The notes: a model not told the origin generated them from the letters alone. Shown: positions 1 to 11,189, counted from the first letter of the whole stretch. The stretch: DNA of 63,388 nt, filler included, from Stramenopiles sp. TOSAG23-2 (GCA_900128395.1; 26 parts of 26 records of this genome joined end to end with filler, not necessarily neighbours in it); one strand, 5' to 3'. Made by a program: numbers and translations.

Positions 1-1
1 T

Positions 2-268
2 AAATATTTGATTGAACAAGGTGAAGCTGATCCTAATATTGGACGTAGTGATGGATATAATGTATTACATTTAGCAGCAGGTTATAACAAAAAGGATACG
101 GAGTTGATTGAATTGTTATTAACTAATATGCCTCTTAATAGCATTAATAAGAAGGTAGACGGGGTCACTCCCCTGGACTGTGCATATGCTTTTAATGAAA
201 GTCCAATTAAACAAAAGATCATTGATCTTATACGTTCAAAAGGTGGAAAACGTGGAGAAGAATTATAA
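2..268 (+). CDS. Ankyrin-repeat protein, C-terminal fragment (5' truncated)
   Basis: KYLIEQGEADPNI..GYNVLHLAA..TPLDCAY ankyrin motifs; close paralogs at 22085-22354 and 32487-33938. Confidence 0.85.
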   Translation, partial: KYLIEQGEADPNIGRSDGYNVLHLAAGYNKKDTELIELLLTNMPLNSINKKVDGVTPLDCAYAFNESPIKQKIIDLIRSKGGKRGEEL

Positions 269-884
269 AAACATCATAAAACACATAATAAAAATTTATT
301 TAAATTATTTTATATTTTATTATATATTATACACTCTATTTATTATTATATACTATTATAATACTTGAACAAATACCTCCTCTAGAATATGACATGATAC
401 CCACAGATCAATATAATAATACAAAAACAAATATACACATTTGCCAAAAGAACAAACGGTTACAACAAAATTATAACGTATATACATCTTGGTATCATTC
501 ATTTGCGTTGCATCACTGGTCTCGTTTAATATTATATGTGTCGCACTACATTATTATTTTTCATCATTTGATTTATTTAATTATCGTAAATAATTTAACT
601 AAAAAATTAAAAACAAATTACAAAAATATCATTTATAAAAATAGTTAGACGTGCACAAGATTAATAAACCGTTTAAACATAACCATGCATACACACGTTT
701 ACAACCGTATAAAATCAAATCGATCAACACAACCTTGGTAAATATAATTAATTGATTTAACATCCATCAATCAAAATTTTTAGTTCGACATTGTGATTTT
801 TTATTTAATTATTATAGTTACTATAATATATTTAAAAACAAAAGATCATCATCATCATCACCACTACCAACAGCAACAAACAAA

Positions 885-2209
885 ATGGCCACCTTCGTCG
901 AAGTACGTGATGAACCAATGCATCGTCATCAATACATTACCCCGCCAAACATTGAACCATATCGTATACGTATTTACGATGTGCATATTCCACCCAACCA
1001 TGAAACATTATACCATCTGAACCAATGCATCGTCATCAATACATTACCCCGCCAAACATTGAACCATATCGTATACGTATTTACGATGTGCATATTCCAC
1101 CCAACCATGAAACATTATACCATCGACATAAATATGATACTGTATATTGTTTTTTAAATCCATGGGGACAACAAGGTAAACGTCATTTCGCATCAATTGA
1201 TACTGCATTACCATCCAATACATGGTCCTCACCACCAGGTAATGTTCCATCGAAAGCAGCTGCATTATTAACACATTTTCATTTACCATTAATACATAAA
1301 GTGAAAAATATATCAAACAATCATATGCATGCAGTTGCAATTGAATTACAAAAATGGTCAAACGATATACCAAGTCATTCATCTATTATTACAGAACCGC
1401 AATTTGAATTGAAATGGCAACGTCCAGTCGATACAGAAGATATTAGAAAGAATAATAATAATGAAAACAACAACGCATCATCGTTATCCATACGTATGTA
1501 TAAAATACATTTAAAACCAAATGAAAAAACAAATTTCATTGATTTAAAATCATATTCATTATTATTACCTGGTGATATGGAATCAACGGTTCAATTATAT
1601 CGTCAAGGTAAAGGTAGTCAAATCTGTTTTCAAGGTCAAGTCACTAAAGTGGAAGATCTTATACCAACAAATCAAAAATGGATATGGATGAATGAACATA
1701 CTAAATTTTATTTACATAATATCAATGAAACATATGAATTTAATGGTTGGTTATTGGAATTTGTTAGTGGTGAATTGGAATCAAAACGTTTTCGAAGAAA
1801 TTCAACAAGTAATAACAATGGTTCTAATGGGATTGTTCGTTCTATCACATCGTCCATCATTTCGTCTTTGTCTGCTGGTAGTAGTATGAATAGTAATGAC
1901 TTGTATAATACTAATAATGATAGTATGTTTACATCAGATATTGAACAAATATTTTGGAATGACAATATGATGAAGATGATCATCGAAGAGGATGATATTG
2001 ACATTTCGTCTTTGTCTGCTGGTAGTAGTATGAATAGTAATGACTTGTATAATACTAATAATGATAGTATGTTTACATCAGATATTGAACAAATATTTTG
2101 GAATGACAATATGATGAAGATGATCATCGAAGAGGATGATATTGAGATGCATATGAACATTCTTGTTGTGGTGATGGTAGTCATCATTGTTGTGAAACAT
2201 TTGTCTTGA
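885..2209 (+). CDS. Cupin-fold protein; frame broken by a 107-bp tandem duplication
   Basis: EPMHRH...IRIYDVHIPPNHETLYHRHKYDTVY...IHKVKN..HAVAIEL resembles cupin metal-binding motifs. Removing one copy of the duplication (911/1018) joins ORFs 885 and 1025. Confidence 0.55.
911..1124. repeat. Exact tandem duplication, 107-bp period
   Basis: TGAACCAATGCATCGTC... starts at 911 and again at 1018. Confidence 0.9.
1858..2144. repeat. Exact tandem duplication, 144-bp period (in frame)
   Basis: CATTTCGTCTTTGTCTGCTGG... at 1858 and 2002. Confidence 0.9.
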
Positions 2210-2357
2210 AATGTGATAGTAAAATGTAACCGATGTAAAAAATTTTGTTTCCTCATACAAATATTGTAATATTTTTTTACCAATTTCTAATCATTATATC
2301 ACTATTATTTTTACAAATTCAATTTCATTCTACTTAACTCATTACTAGATGATAAAC

Positions 2358-2457
2358 NNNNNNNNNNNNNNNNNNNNNNNNNNNNNNNNNNNNNNNNNNN
2401 NTTAATTAATTAANNNNNNNNNNNNNNNNNNNNNNNNNNNNNNNNNNNNNNNNNNNN
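2358..2457. other. Artificial contig-joining spacer (first of 25; others start near 4814, 7270, 9724, 12178, 14631, 17084, 19535, 21984, 24432, 26880, 29323, 31766, 34207, 36646, 39083, 41519, 43952, 46384, 48816, 51247, 53678, 56108, 58538, 60967)
   Basis: N-run + TTAATTAATTAA (stops in all six frames) + N-run, repeated every ~2.43-2.46 kb with slowly decreasing spacing, as expected for length-sorted contigs. Confidence 0.98.
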
Positions 2458-4059
2458 GGTGCGTTTGATGATGAAGATAGTGCTGATAAATTTGCACAAG
2501 ATACGTTCAAGTCAAGTGGAGTAAATAGTAGCAGCTCCCATCCTGCAAATGATCTAATACCAGTTTTGACTTCGCATAGCTTTAGTGCACTGAATTGGGC
2601 AAGGGATCGTGTGGGTGTAGATTTAAGTAAAATTGGACAACTTGGTGGTCATTCGTATCCACGTACATATAGACCTGCAACTGGTATGGCTGGATCCGAG
2701 TTAATTTTTGCCATTTCAAAAATAATAAAATCATTTGTCAAAAGTAAACGTGTACAATTGAAAATGAATACTTTAGCAAAAGATTTATTGGTTGATCCAA
2801 AAAATGGAAAAGTAATTGGTGTAAAAGCAATTTCTTCAAGTTCATCATCAACAGATGATGGTGATAATATTTACTCTGACAATGTTATCATAGCCACTGG
2901 AGGATTTGCAAATGATCGCACAAATACATCTATGTTAGAAAAGTATCGTCCAGATTTAGTTCAATTTGCAACTACAAATGGTAAATTTGCCACAGGAGAT
3001 GGACATAAAATGGCCATGCGAGCTGGTGGGAATACGGTGGATATGGAAAATGTACAAGTACATCCTACTGCATTTATTGATTTGAAATTTCCAAATGCAT
3101 CTAGAAAAACACTATGTGCTGAATTGCTAAGAGGTGTTGGTGGTTTACTTATAAATAATAATGGCAAGCGTTTTGTTGATGAGCTAGGTACCCGAAAATA
3201 TATTACAGAAGAAATGGTAAGGCAAAAGAAGGAAACAAATAATGAATTGTTGTATTTTAATATTTTATTGAGCCCTGCAATGGCATTAGAAGCAGATAAA
3301 CATGTCCCACATTATTATAAAAAAGGATTATTGCAAAGATATGAAACGCTTGAAGAAGTTGCAAATGCAATGAATGTTGATTTCACTGTCTTAAAATCAA
3401 CTATTACGGATTATAATAAAGCAGCTGCTACGGTTAATCATATCGATCAATTTGGTAAAAAATATTTTAAAAATGCGCCATTTCCATTGAAACGTGACGA
3501 CGTAGGGCCAAGTGCAGAATATTATTATCTTGGCATAGTTACCCCGGCACTCCATTATTGTATGGGTGGTGTATCCATTGATAGTATTGGTCGTGTTATG
3601 AAATCAAATGGAAATATTTTTGAAGGTCTCTATGCAGCTGGTGAAGTGACTGGTGGGGTACATGGTATTAATCGATTAGGAGGGAATGCATTAACAGAAT
3701 GTATTGTTTTTGGGAAAGTTGTTGGTGAAAATATTGAAATAAGCCGTAGTAGTGAAAGTGCGACTAGTAATACTAATTATAACAATTATAATAATATGAA
3801 AATATCAACCGAAACAAAAGGATCATCCTCCATTAAACAAATAACGAAAGAGGCATTAAGTAAACATAATAATGCGAAGGATTGCTGGGTATCTATAGAT
3901 GATAAAATTTATGATTTAACTGATTTTTTAGAAGAGCATCCAGCAGGGCCGCAATCTATTTTAGATTTAGCAGGAAAAGATGCGACGGAAATTTTTGACA
4001 GTGTACATACGAGAGGGATGTTAGATGATTTCGATGTCATTGGTGAATTAAAGAAGTAG
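2458..4059 (+). CDS. Soluble fumarate reductase-type flavoprotein (Osm1/FccA-like) with C-terminal cytochrome b5 domain, 5' truncated
   Basis: LGGHSYPRT, VIIATGGF, VQVHPT, AELLRGVGG, HYCMGG, GLYAAGEVTGGVHGINRLGGNAL; b5 heme motifs HNNAKDCWV..HPAG..VH. Frame open from the contig edge. Confidence 0.92.
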   Translation, partial: GAFDDEDSADKFAQDTFKSSGVNSSSSHPANDLIPVLTSHSFSALNWARDRVGVDLSKIGQLGGHSYPRTYRPATGMAGSELIFAISKIIKSFVKSKRVQLKMNTLAKDLLVDPKNGKVIGVKAISSSSSSTDDGDNIYSDNVIIATGGFANDRTNTSMLEKYRPDLVQFATTNGKFATGDGHKMAMRAGGNTVDMENVQVHPTAFIDLKFPNASRKTLCAELLRGVGGLLINNNGKRFVDELGTRKYITEEMVRQKKETNNELLYFNILLSPAMALEADKHVPHYYKKGLLQRYETLEEVANAMNVDFTVLKSTITDYNKAAATVNHIDQFGKKYFKNAPFPLKRDDVGPSAEYYYLGIVTPALHYCMGGVSIDSIGRVMKSNGNIFEGLYAAGEVTGGVHGINRLGGNALTECIVFGKVVGENIEISRSSESATSNTNYNNYNNMKISTETKGSSSIKQITKEALSKHNNAKDCWVSIDDKIYDLTDFLEEHPAGPQSILDLAGKDATEIFDSVHTRGMLDDFDVIGELKK

Positions 4060-4381
4060 GGTGGTAGAGATGAGATATGAGAGAGAGACTGCTAGATAAA
4101 AAAATATAAGATATTAACGTGTCGTAATTTAAAATAATAAAAAAAATTATCTCTCAACATATGTGTTCATTTTTTTTTTTCAAGATTTTTACAATTTTAA
4201 AAATACGAACCGAACACACTCCCCTGTAAAAAATATCTAGTAAACTGATAAACCCAAAAATGTCCTCTAATTTTGTACCAAGTACGTACTTTCTACGTCC
4301 GCCAGTATCAAAAAAAATGTATTAGGCTAGCTTAAAAACAAATTAAAATATTTAACCCAACGTTTTGGTACAATAGTAGAG

Positions 4382-4813
4382 TCAATGATGTTTTACTTTT
4401 ATTGGCTCTACTTGAACTACAAAGGCATTCTTTACCTTGTTAATTGTACGATGAACTTCTATACCATTACGCCTAATATATTCGGTAAATGTCTCAGTTG
4501 TTACATTATTGTCGATTGAACGGCTTCTACCCCGGTTTTGGTATCCGGAGTTTAAAAACCAATCAATTAATTGTTCTTTCATATTTGTAGGATTTACCAT
4601 AGAGCCAAACAATTGAAGTATATCTATAAATATAACTTCTAGGCCTGTGTAGGAAGATTTACTGATAATTTTTCTCAATTTCCCTTCATGGATAACAACA
4701 TTTGATATTTTCCTATTAATCTCATCCAAGTTTTCATCCAGAAACGAAATGAACTCATCCATCACACACTTTACAACTTTTATGTAATTATGATAGTGTT
4801 CCTGATCCCTGTC
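4382..4813 (-). CDS. Hypothetical protein, C-terminal fragment
   Basis: Frame open from the contig edge (DRDQEHYHNYIKVVKCVMDEF...) to the stop at 4382; no recognised motif. Confidence 0.4.
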   Translation of the reverse strand, partial: DRDQEHYHNYIKVVKCVMDEFISFLDENLDEINRKISNVVIHEGKLRKIISKSSYTGLEVIFIDILQLFGSMVNPTNMKEQLIDWFLNSGYQNRGRSRSIDNNVTTETFTEYIRRNGIEVHRTINKVKNAFVVQVEPIKVKHH

Positions 4814-5188
4814 NNNNNNNNNNNNNNNNNNNNNNNNNNNNNNNNNNNNNNNNNNNNTTAATTAATTAANNNNNNNNNNNNNNNNNNNNNNNNNNNNNNN
4901 NNNNNNNNNNNNNAATTGATATAATGCTATGTGTATATTATCTTCGAATACAATGATATACACATACTATTTTTAATAATCAATAGTGTATCGTTTTAAT
5001 TATAGACAGGATCGAGGAGCGGAGCGAGTATAGTAGATTGTGAATTGATGTTGCTGTGATAGATGATGATGATGATGATTCAAAAAGAGAGAATTATAGA
5101 ATTGATCGGACATGAATGTGTTTATGTTCGATTGGAATATGTAATACACATGGGAGAAAATTTTATATAAATATATATGTAGAAGCAT

Positions 5189-6979
5189 ATGTTACGAAAT
5201 ATTAATATAATAATAAAAAATATTATCATGTCATCAACAAAATCAAAGAAAATAAATGAAATATTTCATAATGATAGGACAAAAAAAAGATTTTTTGGGT
5301 CATCATCCTCAACATCATCAGTTGAGACGAGAAAAAGAAAAAAAATATCCAATCATGAAAATAATAAAAATGATATTGATATGTTGCCAGATATTGAAGA
5401 TTGTATTTTAATCGAGAAACCTTTAGCAGAAAATCTGTTTGAAAAAAGTGATATTAATAATATACAAAATTTATTATTAACTTGGTATGATCAAAATCGC
5501 AGAACATTACCATGGAGAGGTGATAGACCACCATTTAATGTAAAAGTGGAACAAAAGAAACAGCAAATTCAAATTGTACCTCCATATTATACATGGGTAT
5601 CTGAAATTATGTGCCAACAAACTAAAGTTACAACTGTCATAGAATATTTCACCAAATGGATTTCCAAATTTCCAACAATGGAAGCATTAGCAAATGCAAG
5701 CGCAGAGGAAGTGAACTTAATGTGGTCCGGTTTAGGCTATTATCGTCGTGCAAGATTCCTACACAAAGGTGCAAAAACTGTTATGGAAGAACATAATGGG
5801 AAATTACCAAATACTATCGAAGGGTTAAAATCAATACCAGGAATTGGAGATTACACTGCTGGGGCGATTGGGTCCATTGCATACAATATACAAACACCAC
5901 TGGTTGATGGAAATGTAATTAGGGTGTTTTCACGCATAAAAAGTATTGCTGGGAATCCAAAAAATAAAAAATTAATTAAGCTTGTATGGGATCTAGCTAG
6001 AATTACTATTGATCCAGATCGTCCGGGTGATTTTAATCAATCCTTGATGGAATTAGGTGCAACTTTATGTACACCAAAATCTCCAGATTGTCATCGTTGC
6101 CCAGTATCAAAGCATTGTTCGGCTTATAAAGAGAAACAAGCATATGATAAATACATAAGCAAAGAAAGCAGCGATAGCCTAAGCAGCAGTTGTCCATTGG
6201 TAATTGATTGTACTGACAATGAGATAGAAAGATCATTTGCAAAAAAACGCTGTAAAAATATTGCTGCAAAATACCCTATGAAAGCAAGAAAACCACCGCC
6301 AAAAGAAGAAGTTTGGTGTGTATATGTTTACAAATGTGCTGATAAATATTTATTGATTAAGCGTCCAAATTTTGGACTATTAGCAAATCAATGGGAATTT
6401 CCATCAATACAGTATGTAGCCGGTGAGGCAATAAAAAAATCAAAAACAGAAGTAGTTGAAAATGACAATAACAATGATAATAATAATAATAATAATAGTA
6501 AAGCTAATGATGAAAAAGTACCATTATATGATGCGCGTCAAAAATTATTTAATGCATATATAAAAACCCAATTATCAATTGATTTAGAAAATAAAAAGCA
6601 CCATATTTCCAGTAGCATTAAAAGAAGAGACTTAGGATATCAAGCGCATATATTTTCTCATAGAAAACACAATATGTATGTTGAAGAAATACACGTTTCA
6701 AATGATCTTGGTGTTGGTATCAAGGATGAAAACTATGAAATGAATAAATTAAAAAATGGACAAGAATTTTGTTGGGTACATTTGCAAGATATGAAAATAA
6801 AAAATAATGATAATGGGACAATTCCATTGACGACTGGTATGAGAAAAGTTATTACTATGTCTACCAAAAAGAATAAATCAAGCACATCATCAAACAACAA
6901 AAAGAAGAGAAAAAAAGAGAAACTAAACAATTCACAGCCAAAGCTATCACAGTATTTTAAACAACAAAACGAAAAATGA
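5189..6979 (+). CDS. MUTYH: A/G-specific adenine DNA glycosylase MutY/MUTYH (start may be Met at 5228)
   Basis: WYDQNRRTLPWR, WVSEIMCQQT, WSGLGYYRRA, HhH PGIGDYTAGAI, VDGNVIRV, Fe-S loop CTPKSPDCHRCPVSKHC, NUDIX-like GLLANQWEFP, C-terminal PIP-box QPKLSQYF. Confidence 0.96.
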   Translation: MLRNINIIIKNIIMSSTKSKKINEIFHNDRTKKRFFGSSSSTSSVETRKRKKISNHENNKNDIDMLPDIEDCILIEKPLAENLFEKSDINNIQNLLLTWYDQNRRTLPWRGDRPPFNVKVEQKKQQIQIVPPYYTWVSEIMCQQTKVTTVIEYFTKWISKFPTMEALANASAEEVNLMWSGLGYYRRARFLHKGAKTVMEEHNGKLPNTIEGLKSIPGIGDYTAGAIGSIAYNIQTPLVDGNVIRVFSRIKSIAGNPKNKKLIKLVWDLARITIDPDRPGDFNQSLMELGATLCTPKSPDCHRCPVSKHCSAYKEKQAYDKYISKESSDSLSSSCPLVIDCTDNEIERSFAKKRCKNIAAKYPMKARKPPPKEEVWCVYVYKCADKYLLIKRPNFGLLANQWEFPSIQYVAGEAIKKSKTEVVENDNNNDNNNNNNSKANDEKVPLYDARQKLFNAYIKTQLSIDLENKKHHISSSIKRRDLGYQAHIFSHRKHNMYVEEIHVSNDLGVGIKDENYEMNKLKNGQEFCWVHLQDMKIKNNDNGTIPLTTGMRKVITMSTKKNKSSTSSNNKKKRKKEKLNNSQPKLSQYFKQQNEK

Positions 6980-7749
6980 AAATTAACTAATTTATTAAAT
7001 AACAAATTCATATACAGAGAGTATATGCATATCATATAAATGATTTCATAAATCATACGAAGTATAAAAAAATAACACACCATATATTTTTATTTAAAAA
7101 AAGATATTTTAATAAAACCATATATGGATGTAGTGCACTAGTATCAATATTATGATAATACGCTGAATGTATCAAAAAATAAGATACACACATATTCAAT
7201 ATATATATATCATAAAATCGACCAAATTGGGAACTCAGCAACTCACGGACTTTTTGGCATGCCGTTAACNNNNNNNNNNNNNNNNNNNNNNNNNNNNNNN
7301 NNNNNNNNNNNNNTTAATTAATTAANNNNNNNNNNNNNNNNNNNNNNNNNNNNNNNNNNNNNNNNNNNNAGTGCATTTTGACAATAAAAGGATAGAAAGT
7401 AAATCTACATTTCGTCAATACATGCGTTTGGGTAAAAACAAAGGATGGTCCCATGCATTTTTAAAAATTAAAAGTGCGAAAAATTTAATGGGAGGGAGCG
7501 TGGCAAAGAAAAGAAGTGAAAGTGATGTGGTGACGAATAAGGCGTTTGTTTGAGAATAAAGTAATATATTATAAAAAATAAAAATATAATTTATGTCTCA
7601 CACATCTATAATCTCTTTTGTTTTTTTGTTTTATCATGTTTTTTTTCATTTGTTTTCTTTGTTTTATCATTTTTTTCATATCACATACGTATTTGTTTAT
7701 AAATGTTGCAAATATATATATACTATCATATGTTTTATCAATATGCATA

Positions 7750-8541
7750 TTAAAATATTGATGATTGCCATCCTTTCAAAATTTTATGCAAGTATGTTTC
7801 AACATCAACTTCTTCACATCTTATCAAAACTGGCCTTAGATGTGACCAATTCATAAAGATGTTCAAAAATGCCTCTTTGACATCACCATCTATAGAAAGG
7901 ACACTTTTATAAAATTTAATATAAAAACTGAATCTCTCTTTCTGCCTTCTAATATGATTTGCTTTAACGACAAATGATGAGCCCTTAGTTTTCATTATCA
8001 CCTCTTTTGCCAATATTTTTATTTCTTCATTATTCATTTCATTTAATGACTTTCCTACTTGAAGGCATTTTTTTAATTGGACCTTCTTTCTGCTGGCCAT
8101 GTCTAAGGTTACTAATACTGTAGCTAATGTTTCATCTTCTTCACCTTCTTCACCTTCTTCACCTTCTTCACCTTCTTCTTTTTTTTTTTTCAAGATGGCC
8201 ATTTGTTCTAAAAGTTTCAACCTTAGCTCTTTAATTATCATCATTCTTTTTTCCTCAGGTGTCTTTTTCTCTTTCTTTTTCTGAAGCTTCTTAGAAGCCA
8301 TATCTTCAAATTGCATGCATAATTGCTCAATGGTTTCTTGCATTTTAACACATTCCTTATATAAACCTACCACTTGTTTTTTTGCTTGGACTTTATATGC
8401 TTTATGGCATTTTGATTTATCCTCCAGCTCTTCTTGCAAGGTTGCGTTAAATTGTTGCAACCTATTATTTTCCATTTTGAGTTGCTGGTTCTCCACATTT
8501 TTTTGCAGAGTGTCTATTGTTGAACTCAAATCCATTTTCAA
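7750..8541 (-). CDS. Hypothetical coiled-coil protein
   Basis: 263-aa ORF with heptad-like N-terminal half and (EEG)n tract; no recognised domain. Confidence 0.5.
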   Translation of the reverse strand: MKMDLSSTIDTLQKNVENQQLKMENNRLQQFNATLQEELEDKSKCHKAYKVQAKKQVVGLYKECVKMQETIEQLCMQFEDMASKKLQKKKEKKTPEEKRMMIIKELRLKLLEQMAILKKKKEEGEEGEEGEEGEEDETLATVLVTLDMASRKKVQLKKCLQVGKSLNEMNNEEIKILAKEVIMKTKGSSFVVKANHIRRQKERFSFYIKFYKSVLSIDGDVKEAFLNIFMNWSHLRPVLIRCEEVDVETYLHKILKGWQSSIF

Positions 8542-9353
8542 AGATAAATCAACTATTTATGAACTTTATATCTAAAATGGAAATGCTGAATTTGACAATT
8601 ATGAATCTTGTCTAAAAGTAAGAATGTATGTATTATGTATTATGTTATGCTTATATATTTATATATTTTTTGGTGTATATTTATTTCCAGGTATTATATA
8701 TACCGGCAAACGACTTAATAATTTTTGGGGTGGGCGATATGTGAAACGGTTTAAGGATCAAAAATATCCAAAAAAAGTCAATGGTATTTTAATATAGATT
8801 TTAAAGGATTTTTGTGAGATAAGGTTATTCCAGAGCTGGGCCGGTGGTCCCACAGGATGCCGTCCTGTGGGGATATAAAAATAGGACTGGTTTCTTTGTT
8901 CCATTTTTCTTTCTGGCATCATGTTTACACTTGTCAAATTTTTCAATTTAAGTACCACGCTTCTATATAGTAAATTTTTATAAGAATACCTATCTATACT
9001 TGTTTCTGATTTTAAATGAAGGCAGAGTAAAAAATAATAATATTCTAAGTAATAGGATAATATGTCTAAAGTATAAATGCAAATAATAAAGACATAAAAA
9101 TATGAACGTTAAAATCAGTACCCTTAAATGAATTAAATTAAGACAAGGCAAATCAAAAATATCTTAGAAAAAAGATAATTCTCAAATACACAGCGACATC
9201 CAAAATAAGCTTTCTTAATGGTAATCCCATCTTATTTATCACTTCTTCACGTCATCAAGAAACAAATAATAATATATATATACATACTCTAAAAAATAAA
9301 AATATACTTATAAACAATACTAATGTAAATAGAATGGTTATTCACCAAACAAA

Positions 9354-9723
9354 TTGAAAACAAGAAAGGCAAGAACACAAATTGAATCAACACAAATTGA
9401 ATCAACACAAATCAATAAAAAAAAGTTCATCATGTTTGCACATAAATTATATAAACAATTTATGGAGGATGATACAAAAGATGATGTACGAGAAAGGGAA
9501 AGGCAAGAAAGACTAATGGCAGTAGTTGAGGACAACACAAACAAAATTGACAATAATAAAGAAAATATTGAAGTGAATAAACACTTAATATTTACAGTCA
9601 AAGCCAAAGTCCAAGAGCATGATCAAAAAATTGATCATCTCTTAAAATGCAATACTGCAACATCTGGTATGGTCAAGTTATTGATAAATGAGCTTGATGA
9701 TGGTAAGGAAGCAAAAGAGAAAG
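9354..9723 (+). CDS. Hypothetical coiled-coil protein, 3' truncated
   Basis: Open to the contig end; charged helical sequence with a 15-bp tandem repeat (QIEST)x2; start uncertain. Confidence 0.4.
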
Positions 9724-9824
9724 NNNNNNNNNNNNNNNNNNNNNNNNNNNNNNNNNNNNNNNNNNNNTTAATTAATTAANNNNNNNNNNNNNNNNNNNNN
9801 NNNNNNNNNNNNNNNNNNNNNNNG

Positions 9825-11189
9825 GATACACAGCCAATTGTTCAAAGTGGCTTGACGTTGAAAAAGCCGTTGGTGGAATTTCTTGATGAGACGAAATATT
9901 TTGCCGATGCTCGACAACACAATTGGCGCGATGCGCAAAAAGGGAAAACATTGTCCACAACTGGTACCCTTGACTATCCAAATTTTGGCCTATTGGCTTC
10001 CGGCCGGGATATTCGTAAAGCAACAGATTTTGTCGATCAAATGAGGCGAGTTGCTGGTCCAATGAATGTAAATTTTGGCCGAGAGAGTATAATGGAGGCT
10101 CATGGAAATGACCAAAGTGATTTCATTACTGCATACCGTAATGCAGCCGGGCAAAAGGGGCATGGGAATGGTTATGATATGGTCCTTATTAAATTACCAA
10201 GTGATAAAAAGGCACCTCAAGCTTTGTACGATAGCATCAAAGGTGAAATGACATTTGGCGAATTTGCTTGTGCAAATCAATGTATTTCAAGCGCAACTGA
10301 TGGTAAACGAACACAAAGCAAAGCAACTGCAGTTGTTGCACAAATGGCTGGACCAAAAAAGTCAAACAAACTATGGTCTATTGTGGAAGTAAAAAATCTT
10401 GTGAAAGAACTTTGTCCAAAAGATGCTGAAACGAAATATCCTATGGTAATGGCACTTGATGAATTTCAAAAAATGCATTGCTTGACATTTACAGTTGATG
10501 GAGATCTTTGTGATGTCAAATGTGCATTTCATCAAAGCGCAGAGGACAATATGGGTGATAGTGCATATAAACGATTGTTGGAGAATGCATTTGAAAGGTA
10601 TTTTAATGCAAATAATAATCATGCTCCAAATGGAATTTTATTTTATCGTGTTGGTGTGAGCGATTCGCAACTTAATGGTAGGAAAAATGAATCAAATGAA
10701 ATTGTGAGTTTTGTAAATGATTTGTACACAAGAAAGGAATATGGTAAAGCACCAATGATGGAAATGGTACAAATCAATTTATCTGCAACAAAATTATTCG
10801 ATAGTCGAGGAAGTGACAATGCTCCACCAGGTAGTATTTTGGATGTAAGTCCAGAGGAAACAATTATGTTGTCTCATAAATGTGGTATTAGGGGTGCGAC
10901 ATGTGTTCCGGTACAATTGATTCGATTACAAGAACCAGTAAGTGCAGAGGAGAAAGCTCGTTGGGAAATAGTGAAACGTATTAGCAACTCCAATACCCAC
11001 ATGTATGAAAATTACTGTGGCCCAATTAAATTGCCTTCCATTGCGCACAAGGCAAAAATTGGAGCAAGTCATTTAGCAAATTGGTTCAAAAAATATCAAC
11101 TAAACAATGCCAATGCTGACACAACTTGGGGGACGTTATACGGTCGTTTGGAACGTAGTGGACAATTGAACTCACCATTTTTTGTTTAA
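9825..11189 (+). CDS. Divergent Argonaute/PIWI-family protein (L2-MID-PIWI portion), 5' truncated
   Basis: MID motifs LYDSIK..ANQCI..QM; PIWI motifs PMVMALD, PNGILFYRVGVSDSQ, NAPPGSILD, HMYENYCGPIKLP; terminal PFFV*. Frame open from the contig edge. Confidence 0.88.
   Translation, partial: DTQPIVQSGLTLKKPLVEFLDETKYFADARQHNWRDAQKGKTLSTTGTLDYPNFGLLASGRDIRKATDFVDQMRRVAGPMNVNFGRESIMEAHGNDQSDFITAYRNAAGQKGHGNGYDMVLIKLPSDKKAPQALYDSIKGEMTFGEFACANQCISSATDGKRTQSKATAVVAQMAGPKKSNKLWSIVEVKNLVKELCPKDAETKYPMVMALDEFQKMHCLTFTVDGDLCDVKCAFHQSAEDNMGDSAYKRLLENAFERYFNANNNHAPNGILFYRVGVSDSQLNGRKNESNEIVSFVNDLYTRKEYGKAPMMEMVQINLSATKLFDSRGSDNAPPGSILDVSPEETIMLSHKCGIRGATCVPVQLIRLQEPVSAEEKARWEIVKRISNSNTHMYENYCGPIKLPSIAHKAKIGASHLANWFKKYQLNNANADTTWGTLYGRLERSGQLNSPFFV

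Noticed and set aside
1708-2283. Antisense and short AT-rich ORFs in the track (e.g. 1708-2283, 38344-38835, 45659-46162, 59288-59779)
   Set aside because: They are shadows of real genes or low-complexity I/Y/F-rich frames with no motifs; ORFs running through N spacers are artefacts.
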